Assembly (NCBI GenBank): GCA_035529855.1
Contig: DATKVX010000042.1
Location: forward strand, 8,653-72,652
Reading direction: 5' to 3'
DNA from: a bacterium
Lineage (GTDB): Bacteria > RBG-13-66-14 > B26-G2 > WVWN01
Length of the DNA stretch: 64,000 nucleotides
Positions 19,176-28,208 of the stretch are shown piece by piece. A model generated the notes under the pieces. That model did not search any database and was not told where the DNA came from. It saw nothing but the letters and a program-made list of their open reading frames with translations. Each line of letters starts with the position of its first letter. Position 1 is the stretch's first letter. A program made the position numbers and the translations under genes.

Positions 19176-19204
19176 TTGATATAGGTCTACGTAGTCGCTA
19201 TAAT
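19176..19204 (+). promoter_or_regulatory. Sigma-70-type promoter TTGATA-17 nt-TATAAT driving GT-C paralogue 2.
   Basis: Near-consensus -35 and consensus -10 with 17-nt spacing; AGGAGA Shine-Dalgarno at 19243-19248, 8 nt before ATG 19257. Confidence 0.5.
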
Positions 19205-19256
19205 CTTAACGCTGACGCAAGTTTTTAATAATAACGGCGGAATTCCAGGAGAAGTG

Positions 19257-21248
19257 ATGTCGCGGAAATTACAAGCTATCGCTGCGGCGGTCGTCGCTAC
19301 CGCGAGCGTGTCGGCGTCGTTGGTCGCGTTTTTTTATTATCACCCGGCCCGCCGGGAGATACTAACGATATTCGGGAATGAAATCGCGCACGTTTTTCTA
19401 TTCTTCGCGCTTGCCTGGGCGGCGTATTTCGTGGGTCGGCTTGTCTACCGGTCCGTCTTCCGCCAACGAAAACCGTATTGGGAAATCCAGCTCGCGCTCG
19501 GTTTCATAATATTCGGCCTGGCCGCTTTTGCCTTAGCTGCGGTCCACTTATTGTACCCGTGGGTAGTACGCGCCGCGGTGCTGCTTTTGTTGGGCTTATC
19601 CGCCCCGCTGCTGTGGCGTTACAGCAACGAGTTCGGCGGCTTTTTCAAAGAGCGTTTAACGTCGTTGACGCCCGGGCCGCTCCTCGTCGCGGCCGCCGTC
19701 GCGCCGCTTGTCGCCGCAGCCCTTATACGCGTCGGCCTGCCGCCGTTCGAGTGGGACTCCCTCGTCTACCACATCTACCTCCCGAAAGTTTACGCGGAAG
19801 CTCACGGCTTCGTATACCTGCCGCGGCTGGCGTACTCGTCTATGCCGCTGGGCGCGGAGATGATGTTCACGTGGGCTTACCTGTGGAACGGCGTAGGCTG
19901 CGCCGCCGCGGTGGCGCCCTTGATTAACGGCCTTATGGCCGTCGCGACCTGGAGGTTGGCCCGCCGTTATATGGACAACCTATGGGCCACGGCCGCGGCC
20001 GCCTTCCTCTTTATTACCCCCGCTTTTTTAGTGTATTTCCCCTCGGCGTACGTGGATATGATCTTGGGCGCTTTCGCGTTAATGGCGCTCTTTATTTACC
20101 TGCGAGGGTTCAGAAATTATGGCGACGCGGCGCTCGCGGGCGTCCTTTTGGGCGCCGCGTTGGGCGTAAAATATACCGGCGTGTATGCGTTGATCGGGCT
20201 GGTTCCCATTTTCGTAACCGACCTATTACGTCGTCGCGTTTACCTCCGGCACGTAATAACCTTTCTCGCCGTAGCCTTTATTACGGTAGTACCGTGGTTG
20301 GGGAAAGCGTTCGTGGAGCGGGGAAACCCTGTATTCCCATCGCTTTACAACATTTTCGGCGGCCGCGACTTATCGCCCGTAGCCGCGGAAAAAGTCTTGG
20401 TGTGGCAAAAATCGATAGGAATGGGGCGGGACCCCATAGATTACGTACTTTTGCCGTACCGTGTATCCTTCGAAGCTGACACCGGCTACGAAAAGTTCGA
20501 CGGCTTTATGTTGCCCTTCAGCCTTGTAGGTTTATTGCTATCTTTAATTTGGTTCCGGCGGTGGCGATTAATAACGTACACGACACTCTACTTCGTCGCG
20601 TGGGCATTTTTGGCATCTCAGCAATTAAGGTTTTTAAGCGCGGCCTTCGCGACGTCCGCGATTTTAACCGCGGGGGTTTTCGCGCATATAACGGCGCCAT
20701 TTAAACGCGTGGCGCGTACCGCGTTGACGTTTATTTTAATAGCCTCGGTAATCGCCTTCGGGTACGCCGTCACGGCGCTTGGGGTCTGTTACTATGTCCC
20801 TGACGCGTTGAAATATATCATGAGCCGCAACGTCGACAGTTATTTATTACGAACGGTCCCTGTATACCCCGCCGACATATTCGTGAACGAAAACTTACCC
20901 GAGGACGCCGTAATTTTGATGATTTTTAACGACCATTTGCTATACTTGGAAAGGAAGGCTATATACGACTCGTTTTTCGAGGCGTCCGAAACGTTGATCC
21001 ACGTAGCAACGCTGGATACGCCTTCGGAAGTCGCGGACTACGTCGACGAGCTGGGAGCTACGCACATTTTTACCGGGCGGTTCGCCGAAAGTTACTTCTG
21101 GAGCCATTACGACCCTGCAACGCGCGTACTCTGGGAAGCGTACATAAGGGGATATACTGACGTAATTTACGATGACGGCGAAATCGAAATTCGTGCCATA
21201 AAACGGCGCGGCGGTGCTTTTGATATCGCCTACGACAGAGGGGCCTAA
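19257..21248 (+). CDS. Polytopic membrane protein, GT-C-fold glycosyltransferase-like, paralogue 2 (about 70% identical to paralogue 1 over the TM core but markedly lower GC).
   Basis: Shares LLYPWVVRAAVLL, HIYLPKVYAEAHGFVYLP and SSMPLGAEMMFTWAYLW with the upstream gene; ATG preferred over the adjacent GTG at 19254. Confidence 0.6.
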   Translation: MSRKLQAIAAAVVATASVSASLVAFFYYHPARREILTIFGNEIAHVFLFFALAWAAYFVGRLVYRSVFRQRKPYWEIQLALGFIIFGLAAFALAAVHLLYPWVVRAAVLLLLGLSAPLLWRYSNEFGGFFKERLTSLTPGPLLVAAAVAPLVAAALIRVGLPPFEWDSLVYHIYLPKVYAEAHGFVYLPRLAYSSMPLGAEMMFTWAYLWNGVGCAAAVAPLINGLMAVATWRLARRYMDNLWATAAAAFLFITPAFLVYFPSAYVDMILGAFALMALFIYLRGFRNYGDAALAGVLLGAALGVKYTGVYALIGLVPIFVTDLLRRRVYLRHVITFLAVAFITVVPWLGKAFVERGNPVFPSLYNIFGGRDLSPVAAEKVLVWQKSIGMGRDPIDYVLLPYRVSFEADTGYEKFDGFMLPFSLVGLLLSLIWFRRWRLITYTTLYFVAWAFLASQQLRFLSAAFATSAILTAGVFAHITAPFKRVARTALTFILIASVIAFGYAVTALGVCYYVPDALKYIMSRNVDSYLLRTVPVYPADIFVNENLPEDAVILMIFNDHLLYLERKAIYDSFFEASETLIHVATLDTPSEVADYVDELGATHIFTGRFAESYFWSHYDPATRVLWEAYIRGYTDVIYDDGEIEIRAIKRRGGAFDIAYDRGA

Positions 21249-21324
21249 AAAAGGGCGGTACCGCCCGCGCCCGACGGGGGACGGCGTCCGTTTATCGCAA
21301 TACTATCTATATACGGCCAATATA

Positions 21325-22650
21325 ATGAGTAAGTTAAATAAGACCATATCAAGTATATTATTATCTCTCGGCTGGTTACTCGTAATGAGCCCGTACGCCG
21401 GCCTTTGTGACGAGAAAGATACGGACGGTATTGTGCCGACGGAAAACGCGGAGCCGGCTCGAGCCGAGGCAGAGGGCGCAGCGAAACCCTACCACGTCGA
21501 AGCGGACGTTACCGAAGGGTACTACTCGGCCGGAAACCAGGTATTGCACGGCATAGGCCACGTCGTAATCGTGCACGGCAATACCATCATAACTTGCGAC
21601 GAGGCGTATTCGTACGAAGCGGAAAAGCTCGCGACCCTGCTCGGCAACGTTAAGGTAAAAGACAACACGCAGAATTATACATTGACTTCCGGGTACGCCG
21701 AGTACCACCGCGGCGAGAAACTCTCGGTAGCCACGAAGAGCCCTCGGCTTATCCTCGAGCGGGACCGGCCTATAACGATAACGGCCGATATAATGCGGAT
21801 GTGGATGGACCAGGATTACGGCGAAGCCGCCAGCGACGTTAAAATCGTTTCTGAGGACGTCGAAGGTTACGGCCAGAAGTTAAAGCATTTCGGTAAAGAG
21901 GATAAGATAGAGTTGAGCGGCAAGCCTGTAGTAAACCAGGGCGATAGCCGCCTCGCCGGCGACGTCATTACGCTATTCCTCGAAGAGGAGAAGTTGCGGC
22001 GCGCCGTCGCCGAAGGGTCCGCCCGCATTCTATATTTCTCCCGAAGCGAAGAGGAAGAGGAGGAAGGGGCTACCCCGGGGGAAGAGGAACAGGGAGAAAG
22101 CTTTACGCCCGAACCGGCCGAGGCTCTCGGCGAACCCGGCGAAGAAGCACCGCCCGCCGCCTCGGAGGCCGAAGGGGAAGCCGGCTCCGGCGAAATCGCC
22201 GCAGGAGAGGCTGAGGCGGGCGCCGGCGACGAAGGTGAGGAACCTCCTTCGGGCCGCGTCGAAGCCTCCGGCCGCAATATGGAAGGTTTCTTCGCAGACG
22301 GCGTCCTCGAGCAGGTGGACATCGTCGGCGACGCCGAGGGGCACTATTGGCCCTTCGACGAATTCGGCCGGGAGACCGGCGAACAGGTGGACGCCGCGGG
22401 CGACTTAATCCGGGTGATGATGAACGAAGGCGACGTTAAAAAAATTATCGTGGAGGGCAACGCGGAAGGCGTATACCGTCCGGCCAAAGCCGAGGGCAGG
22501 AGCGGCGTAACCCAGACGGCGGGCGACCGCATTTCAGTTTTCGTTTCGGCGCGGGAGGTGCGTCGCATCGTCGTTTTAGGCCGCGCGCGCGGTTCCTATT
22601 TTACCGAAGAAACGCCGGCCGCTAAAGAAAGTGAGGGCTCCGGTGGTTAA
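21325..22650 (+). CDS. lptA: LptA/OstA-family periplasmic LPS-transport protein, atypically long: an OstA-like domain, an acidic E-rich disordered insert, and a second OstA-like beta-jellyroll.
   Basis: Signal peptide [26 protein letters not shown]; [44 protein letters not shown] is an OstA_N-like fold; synteny lptA-lptB-rpoN. Start placed at ATG 21325 rather than 21214. Confidence 0.6.
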   Translation: MSKLNKTISSILLSLGWLLVMSPYAGLCDEKDTDGIVPTENAEPARAEAEGAAKPYHVEADVTEGYYSAGNQVLHGIGHVVIVHGNTIITCDEAYSYEAEKLATLLGNVKVKDNTQNYTLTSGYAEYHRGEKLSVATKSPRLILERDRPITITADIMRMWMDQDYGEAASDVKIVSEDVEGYGQKLKHFGKEDKIELSGKPVVNQGDSRLAGDVITLFLEEEKLRRAVAEGSARILYFSRSEEEEEEGATPGEEEQGESFTPEPAEALGEPGEEAPPAASEAEGEAGSGEIAAGEAEAGAGDEGEEPPSGRVEASGRNMEGFFADGVLEQVDIVGDAEGHYWPFDEFGRETGEQVDAAGDLIRVMMNEGDVKKIIVEGNAEGVYRPAKAEGRSGVTQTAGDRISVFVSAREVRRIVVLGRARGSYFTEETPAAKESEGSGG

Positions 22651-23440
22651 AGTCGCGTCGGAAGAGGCGGTCAGGAAAGTCATCTCGCCGTCTCGGACGG
22701 CCGAAGCCAAAAAGGCCGACGCCGCTCTAAGGACCGAGGACCTGATTAAGGTCTATTCGGGGCGGCGCGTCGTGGACCACGTATCCATCGACGTTAAACC
22801 GGGGGAAATAGTGGGCCTGCTGGGTCCGAACGGCGCCGGAAAGACGACCACTTTTTATATTATCGTCGGCCTAATTAAACCCAACGCCGGAAGGATATTC
22901 CTGGGCTCGAAGGAATTGACCAGGCTGCCGATGTACAAACGCGCGCGGCGGGGCGTAGGTTATTTGTCCCAAGAGCCTTCGATCTTTAGAAAACTGAGCG
23001 TCGAGGAGAACATACTGGCCATACTCGAGGTTATGGGCGGGAATTCGCGTCAGCGCCGCAGCCGGGCCCGGGAGCTGCTCGAGGTGATGGGGGTGGACCA
23101 CCTACTGAAGGCGAAAGCCTATACGCTGTCGGGGGGCGAGCGCCGGCGCGTTGAAATAGCGCGTGCGCTCGCGTCGGAACCGCTGTACCTCTTGTTGGAC
23201 GAACCGTTCGCCGGCATCGACCCCCTCGCGGTGGAGGATATCCAGAACATCGTTTTACAGCTGCAGAAGGCCGGCCTGGGAATTCTCATTACGGACCACA
23301 ACGTCCGCGAAACCCTCGAGATAACCCACCGCGCCTACATAATGTTCGAAGGCCAGATACTAATTTCGGGCGACGCCGAAAAGCTTATCAACGACCCCGA
23401 CGCGCGTAAAATTTATTTGGGCGAGAAATTCCGTATGTAG
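22631..23440 (+). CDS. lptB: LPS export ABC transporter ATP-binding protein LptB.
   Basis: Walker [10 protein letters not shown], signature LSGGERRR and Walker B LLLDEP; immediately upstream of rpoN. The true start may be 20-30 codons downstream of the annotated GTG. Confidence 0.9.
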   Translation: MRAPVVKVASEEAVRKVISPSRTAEAKKADAALRTEDLIKVYSGRRVVDHVSIDVKPGEIVGLLGPNGAGKTTTFYIIVGLIKPNAGRIFLGSKELTRLPMYKRARRGVGYLSQEPSIFRKLSVEENILAILEVMGGNSRQRRSRARELLEVMGVDHLLKAKAYTLSGGERRRVEIARALASEPLYLLLDEPFAGIDPLAVEDIQNIVLQLQKAGLGILITDHNVRETLEITHRAYIMFEGQILISGDAEKLINDPDARKIYLGEKFRM

Positions 23441-23464
23441 CGGCGCCGACGCTAAGCGGTCGAT

Positions 23465-24838
23465 ATGAAAATCACCCAAAGACTGGAACAACGCCAAATC
23501 ATATCGCAGCGGCTCCAGCAGTCGCTTCGCCTCCTCACGTTGAACAACCTGGAAGTCGAGGGCGCTATCGAAGAAGAATTGGAGGCCAACCCCGTTTTAG
23601 AGTGGGAACCGGGCCTTTACGCCGCCGAGAGGCCGCGGCCGTCGCTCAGCGAGCGCGTGGAGAATATCGACTGGCAGGATTACTTCGAGAACGCGTCGCG
23701 CGACGATTATTTTAACGAGAGAGAGGAAGAGTTCGACCAATTCGCGGCGGCCGCGGAGCCCCCCGTTACGCTGGCGGAGAATCTCGTCCGTCAGCTCGAA
23801 GTATCGGGCGTGAGCGACTCCGATTTCGAAGCGGCGGCGTACATTATCTCCGCGCTCGACCGCGACGGATATTTAAGGGTGCCCATCGCCTCCATCGCTG
23901 AAGAAATAGGCGTTAAGGCGAGCAGCGCGGAACGGGTCCTGACCGAAATCGTCCAAAAGCTCGAGCCCCGGGGCGTGGGTGCGCGCGACCTTAGAGAAGC
24001 GCTGTTTCTGCAGTACGAAGAGGCCGGCGAAGCGGCACCGCCGCTCGCGGGGGTGATAATAGACAAGTATTTAGACCGAACCGTGACCGATTCGCCGGCG
24101 AAGCTTGCCGCGAGACTCAAAGTATCGCCGGCCGAAGTCGAAGAGGCCATAGATTTCATCACGAGCCTCGAGCCTCGCCCGGGCAGGGCTTTCGGCGGCG
24201 AAACGAACCCGTCGCTAATCCCCGACGTTCGCCTCGAGCTCGTGGCCGGAAACGTCGAAATTACGCTAATGGACGACAGGGTAGGCCGGTTGTATATAAG
24301 CCCGCGCTACCGCGCGTTGCTGGCGGGCGACGGCGACCCGGACCAGGAAACCGTTCGCTTTTTGAAGAACCGTTTGACGGCCGCGGCGTCGTTCATACGC
24401 GCGCTGCACCAACGGCGGCGTACGCTCGAGCGGGTGGTAGCCGCCATATTCGAACGCCAACGCGAGTTCCTGCTCATCGGCGAACCCGGCCTGAAACCCC
24501 TTACGATGGAAGAGGTCGCGGAGCAAGTCGGTTTCCACGTCTCCACCGTTTCCCGCGCCGTCGCCCGAAAAGTGGCCGATACGCCCCCGGGCGTTTACCT
24601 CTTGAAGTACTTCTTCACCGGACGCGTTTCGGCGGCCGAGGGCTCGGTATCGGTAGAACGCGCTAAAGCCGTGCTGGAAGATATTATCGAAGACGAGGAC
24701 AAGAACGCACCCCTATCGGACGAAGAACTGTCCGCGGAGCTATCCAAAAGCGGCGTTCGCGTCGCGAGGCGGACGGTCGCGAAGTACCGCCGAGGGTTAA
24801 AAATCCCGGGCAAATATGGCAGAAAGAAGAGAGTGTGA
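23465..24838 (+). CDS. rpoN: RNA polymerase sigma-54 factor.
   Basis: N-terminal Gln/Leu-rich region I (LEQRQIISQRLQQSLRLL), an HTH and the RpoN box ARRTVAKYR; 457 aa. Confidence 0.95.
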   Translation: MKITQRLEQRQIISQRLQQSLRLLTLNNLEVEGAIEEELEANPVLEWEPGLYAAERPRPSLSERVENIDWQDYFENASRDDYFNEREEEFDQFAAAAEPPVTLAENLVRQLEVSGVSDSDFEAAAYIISALDRDGYLRVPIASIAEEIGVKASSAERVLTEIVQKLEPRGVGARDLREALFLQYEEAGEAAPPLAGVIIDKYLDRTVTDSPAKLAARLKVSPAEVEEAIDFITSLEPRPGRAFGGETNPSLIPDVRLELVAGNVEITLMDDRVGRLYISPRYRALLAGDGDPDQETVRFLKNRLTAAASFIRALHQRRRTLERVVAAIFERQREFLLIGEPGLKPLTMEEVAEQVGFHVSTVSRAVARKVADTPPGVYLLKYFFTGRVSAAEGSVSVERAKAVLEDIIEDEDKNAPLSDEELSAELSKSGVRVARRTVAKYRRGLKIPGKYGRKKRV

Positions 24839-26159
24839 CGTAGTCGTCGTGGGCGGCGGCCCCGCCGGCTACCCGGCCGCGATACGCGCCGCCCGCCTGG
24901 GCGCCGACGTCGTTTTAATAGAGGAAGGCCGGCTGGGCGGGACTTGCCTTAACGTCGGTTGCATCCCGACGAAGTTTTACTGCCGGCGCAGCGCCGCCGG
25001 TACTCGCTCCTGGAGCGACGCCGTCGCCGATAAGGACAGGTTGGTCGGCGAGCTCGTCGCCGGAATCGAATTCCTATTCCAAAGGCGAGGCGTGGAGCTC
25101 GTCCGGGGACGGGGCCGCCTGGCGGGCAACCGCGAGGTCGTCGTCGAGGGCGACGCGAAGACGGTTTTAAGAGCGCGGAAGGGGATATTGTACGCGCCCG
25201 GTTCCGTCACGCTGTCCCTTCCGGCGATGCCGGTCGACCACCGGCTCGTCCTGGAGAGCGACGACCTCGTCGATTCGCCGCTGGATTTTAAAAGCCTCGT
25301 CGTCGTAGGGGGCGGCGCCATAGGGCTCGAGTGGGCCGCTATATGCCGGCGTCGCGGCGCAGAAATAACCGTGGTGGAGATGATGTCGCAGCTGCTCCCG
25401 GGGCTCGACGCGGACGTCGCGCGGCGCCTCGCCGGCCTTTTGAAACGTGCCGGCATCCGGGTAATGGTGGGCGCTAAGGTAGAGAACCTGGGAAAACGCG
25501 GCGACGGCGTCGCCGTCCATCTGGCCGACGGGCGCGTTCTCGAGGCGGAACGGGCGCTGGTCGCCGTGGGGCGGCAGGGGAATATCGAAGAGGAGGAGCT
25601 CCGCCCGGTGGGCGTGGAGAGCGAACGTCGCCGCGTTAAAACGACCCCCACGATGGCGACCACGGCCGAAGGTATTTGGGCGGCGGGCGACGCCGCGGCC
25701 GGGGGCCCGATGTTGGCGCACGTCGCGACGCGGCAAGGCCTGGTAGCGGTGGAGAACATGCTGGGCGGCCGCAAAGAGATGAACTACGACCGCGTACCCT
25801 GGGCCGTCTTCTCGGAGCCGGAGGCGGCCGGCGTGGGCCTGAACGCGAGCCAGGCCCGAGAACGCGGCGTCGCCGCGCGCGAGGGGAAGGCCGACTACCG
25901 CGCGCTCGGGCGCCCGCGCGCCGACGGCTTCGTCGACGGCTTCTTTAAAGTCCTGGCCGCGGAAGAGGACGGAAAAATATTGGGCGCCCACGTCGTTGGC
26001 CACGGCGCCGCGGAAGTCGTCCAAATCGTATCCGCGGCGATGGCGTGCAACGCGACCGTAGCCGAGCTGGGCGAATTCATAGCCGTACACCCGACGTACG
26101 CCGAGTTGGTCGCGGAAGCGTTGGAGGACTGGCAGGGCTTGGCCACGCACAAGCCTTAA
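24816..26159 (+). CDS. lpdA: Dihydrolipoyl dehydrogenase / pyridine nucleotide-disulfide oxidoreductase.
   Basis: FAD site VVVGGGPAGY and redox-active disulfide GGTCLNVGCIPTK; 447 aa. Confidence 0.85.
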   Translation: MAERRECDVVVVGGGPAGYPAAIRAARLGADVVLIEEGRLGGTCLNVGCIPTKFYCRRSAAGTRSWSDAVADKDRLVGELVAGIEFLFQRRGVELVRGRGRLAGNREVVVEGDAKTVLRARKGILYAPGSVTLSLPAMPVDHRLVLESDDLVDSPLDFKSLVVVGGGAIGLEWAAICRRRGAEITVVEMMSQLLPGLDADVARRLAGLLKRAGIRVMVGAKVENLGKRGDGVAVHLADGRVLEAERALVAVGRQGNIEEEELRPVGVESERRRVKTTPTMATTAEGIWAAGDAAAGGPMLAHVATRQGLVAVENMLGGRKEMNYDRVPWAVFSEPEAAGVGLNASQARERGVAAREGKADYRALGRPRADGFVDGFFKVLAAEEDGKILGAHVVGHGAAEVVQIVSAAMACNATVAELGEFIAVHPTYAELVAEALEDWQGLATHKP

Positions 26160-26162
26160 GCT

Positions 26163-27047
26163 GTGCATACGCACGAGAGCGAACGCATTCCCGCGTGGCT
26201 TAGGCGGCCCGTAACCGAACGCGTCGGCCGGGGGCCGGCGCGGCGCGCCGTCGCGAACCTGAATACGGTGTGCGAAGAGGCCCGGTGCCCGAACCGCGGC
26301 CGTTGTATGGGGGAGGACAGAACTGCCGCTTTTTTGCTTATGGGGCCCGGCTGTTCGCGCGACTGCCGGTTCTGTTCGGTGTCGCCCGGGCCCAAGCCGC
26401 TCGACGCGCGGGAGCCAGAAAAAGTCGCCCGGGCCGCGGCCGCGCTCGAGCTGGAATACGTCGTCGTGACGTCTACCACCCGCGACGACCTGGCCGACGG
26501 CGGGGCGGAACACATACGTGCGGCGGTCGAAGCCATCCGCGCGGCGTTGCCCTCCGCCGACGTCGAGGTATTGGCCCCGGACTTCGCCGGCGCGCGCCGA
26601 CCCGTCGACCTCGTGTCGTCGGCGCCCATAGCGGTTTTTGGCCACAACGTCGAGACCGTACCGCGCCTGTACCCCGGCGTTCGGCCGGGAGCCGAATATA
26701 AGCGTTCGCTCGAGGTGTTGGCGTGGGCGGCGGAATCCGGCGTATTGACGAAATCGGCTTTACTGGTGGGCCTGGGCGAAGAAGAGGATGAGGTGTACGC
26801 CGTCTTGCGGGATTTGCGTTCGGCCGGCGTTTCGATAGTAGCGATAGGGCAGTACTTCAGGCCGACCAGGAACCAACTAGCGGTAACCCGGTTCTGGGAC
26901 CCGCGGGGTTTTAAGGAACTGGAGGCGGCGGCGCGAGCCATGGGTTTCTCGGCCGCGGCGTGCGCCCCGTACGTACGCTCCTCGTACCGGGCCGGGAATA
27001 TCTATCGCCGCGTAAAAAACGGCCGGGGGGAATCCGGCTCTTCTTGA
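26163..27047 (+). CDS. lipA: Lipoyl synthase (radical SAM).
   Basis: CEEARCPN and CSRDCRFC cysteine clusters; 294 aa. Confidence 0.9.
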   Translation: MHTHESERIPAWLRRPVTERVGRGPARRAVANLNTVCEEARCPNRGRCMGEDRTAAFLLMGPGCSRDCRFCSVSPGPKPLDAREPEKVARAAAALELEYVVVTSTTRDDLADGGAEHIRAAVEAIRAALPSADVEVLAPDFAGARRPVDLVSSAPIAVFGHNVETVPRLYPGVRPGAEYKRSLEVLAWAAESGVLTKSALLVGLGEEEDEVYAVLRDLRSAGVSIVAIGQYFRPTRNQLAVTRFWDPRGFKELEAAARAMGFSAAACAPYVRSSYRAGNIYRRVKNGRGESGSS

Positions 27048-27141
27048 AAAAAACACCGCGGTTATGGTAAACTACGTGCGAGGTGGGTCGGTTTTCACGC
27101 TCCGCTGCCTTAATATTACTTACTAGTCGGAGGTAGCATAC

Positions 27142-27681
27142 GTGGGGTTACAGATTACCGGGAAGCGCGTCGACGTTACGGACGCGATGAAAAATTATAT
27201 CGAGAAAAAGATAAACAAAATAACCAAAAGGCTCAGAGATGTCCAGGACGCCGTCGTAACGCTGAGGATCGAGAGGTACCATCATATCGCCGAGATTACT
27301 ATCGCAGCCGACCATTTGACGATCAGGGGCGAAGGCAACACCGCCGATATGTACTCCTCCATAGATATGGCCTGCAGCAAGATAGAAAAGCAGATACGGA
27401 AATACCGCAGTAGGATCCAGAGCCGACGAGCGGCGCGTCCCGGAAAAACCCACGAAGCCGTCATGACGGTTTACGACCACCGCGCTATGGCCGGGGAACA
27501 GGACACTCGCGTCGTAGTCGGCGTAGATAGAATACCGGTAAAACCCATGACCGTGGAGGAAGCGGTCATGGAAATGGACCTTATGAGTCGAGATTTTTTA
27601 GTTTTCAAGAACGCGGAGACGGATGAGGTAAACGTCATTTACCATCGCCGCGACGGCAATATCGGCCTGATAGAACCTTAG
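27142..27681 (+). CDS. hpf: Ribosome hibernation promoting factor (long form).
   Basis: MGLQITGKRVDVTDAMKNYIEKK... is the S30AE N-domain, followed by a C-terminal dimerisation domain; classic position after rpoN. Confidence 0.9.
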   Translation: MGLQITGKRVDVTDAMKNYIEKKINKITKRLRDVQDAVVTLRIERYHHIAEITIAADHLTIRGEGNTADMYSSIDMACSKIEKQIRKYRSRIQSRRAARPGKTHEAVMTVYDHRAMAGEQDTRVVVGVDRIPVKPMTVEEAVMEMDLMSRDFLVFKNAETDEVNVIYHRRDGNIGLIEP

Positions 27682-27742
27682 CACCGGTACCCGTGCCGAT
27701 AATCCGCCGTTCGGGCGAGCAAATATGTGAGGTGGCTTCGCC

Positions 27743-28201
27743 GTGAAGATATCGGATTTCGTCGACCCCAGCGGGATAAAAATGGAGATAGAGGCGCAGA
27801 ATAAAGACGGCGCCCTCCGCGAGCTCGTCGCGCTCGCCGCCGGGACCGGCAAAATAAGCGACGAATTAGCGATCTTAAAAGCGGTGCGGGAGCGGGAAAA
27901 CCTGTGCAGTACCGGATTCGAGAACGGCGCCGCGATACCGCACCCCCGCCAGGGTCATCCCGACATCGTAAAAGAATTGGTTGCCGTATTCGCCCGCTCC
28001 TCGGAGGGCATCGACTTCGAAGCGCTCGACGAGAAACCCGTACACCTGTTCTTCCTCCTGTGCGCGCCCACCGATAGCGAGCACTTGCGGGCGCTGGCCA
28101 AGCTCTCGCGCTTCTTAAAGAAGGAAGCCGTCCGCAAGAGGCTCTTGGAGGCGAAAACGTCGGATGACGTACTGGCGGTGATTAAAGAGGAAGAGGTTTA
28201 A
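27743..28201 (+). CDS. ptsN: PTS IIA-like nitrogen-regulatory protein (EIIA-Ntr).
   Basis: EIIA-fructose-type fold with the active-site His in GAAIPHPR; synteny rpoN-hpf-ptsN. Confidence 0.85.
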   Translation: MKISDFVDPSGIKMEIEAQNKDGALRELVALAAGTGKISDELAILKAVRERENLCSTGFENGAAIPHPRQGHPDIVKELVAVFARSSEGIDFEALDEKPVHLFFLLCAPTDSEHLRALAKLSRFLKKEAVRKRLLEAKTSDDVLAVIKEEEV

Positions 28202-28208
28202 TCCCCCG

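Noticed and set aside
21214-21324. Upstream start for the LptA-like gene (MLLISPTTEGPKKGRYRPRP...).
   Set aside because: A signal peptide follows the internal ATG at 21325; the upstream 37 codons are basic and non-hydrophobic, which is not a plausible N-terminus for a periplasmic protein.
22030-22270. A GAA/GAG-rich stretch considered as a VNTR.
   Set aside because: It is an imperfect, in-frame low-complexity segment encoding the acidic linker of the LptA-like protein; no exact tandem unit.
25167-26645. A 492-aa minus-strand ORF (and many similar ones: 540-1310, 3540-4319, 7797-8834, 10159-10974, 12154-12879, 24977-25774, 26156-26941, 37523-38074, 43270-44091).
   Set aside because: All are Arg/Ala/Pro/Gly-rich with no domain signatures, and they lie antisense or out of frame to well-supported genes. 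This is the typical long-open-frame artefact of 65-70% GC DNA.
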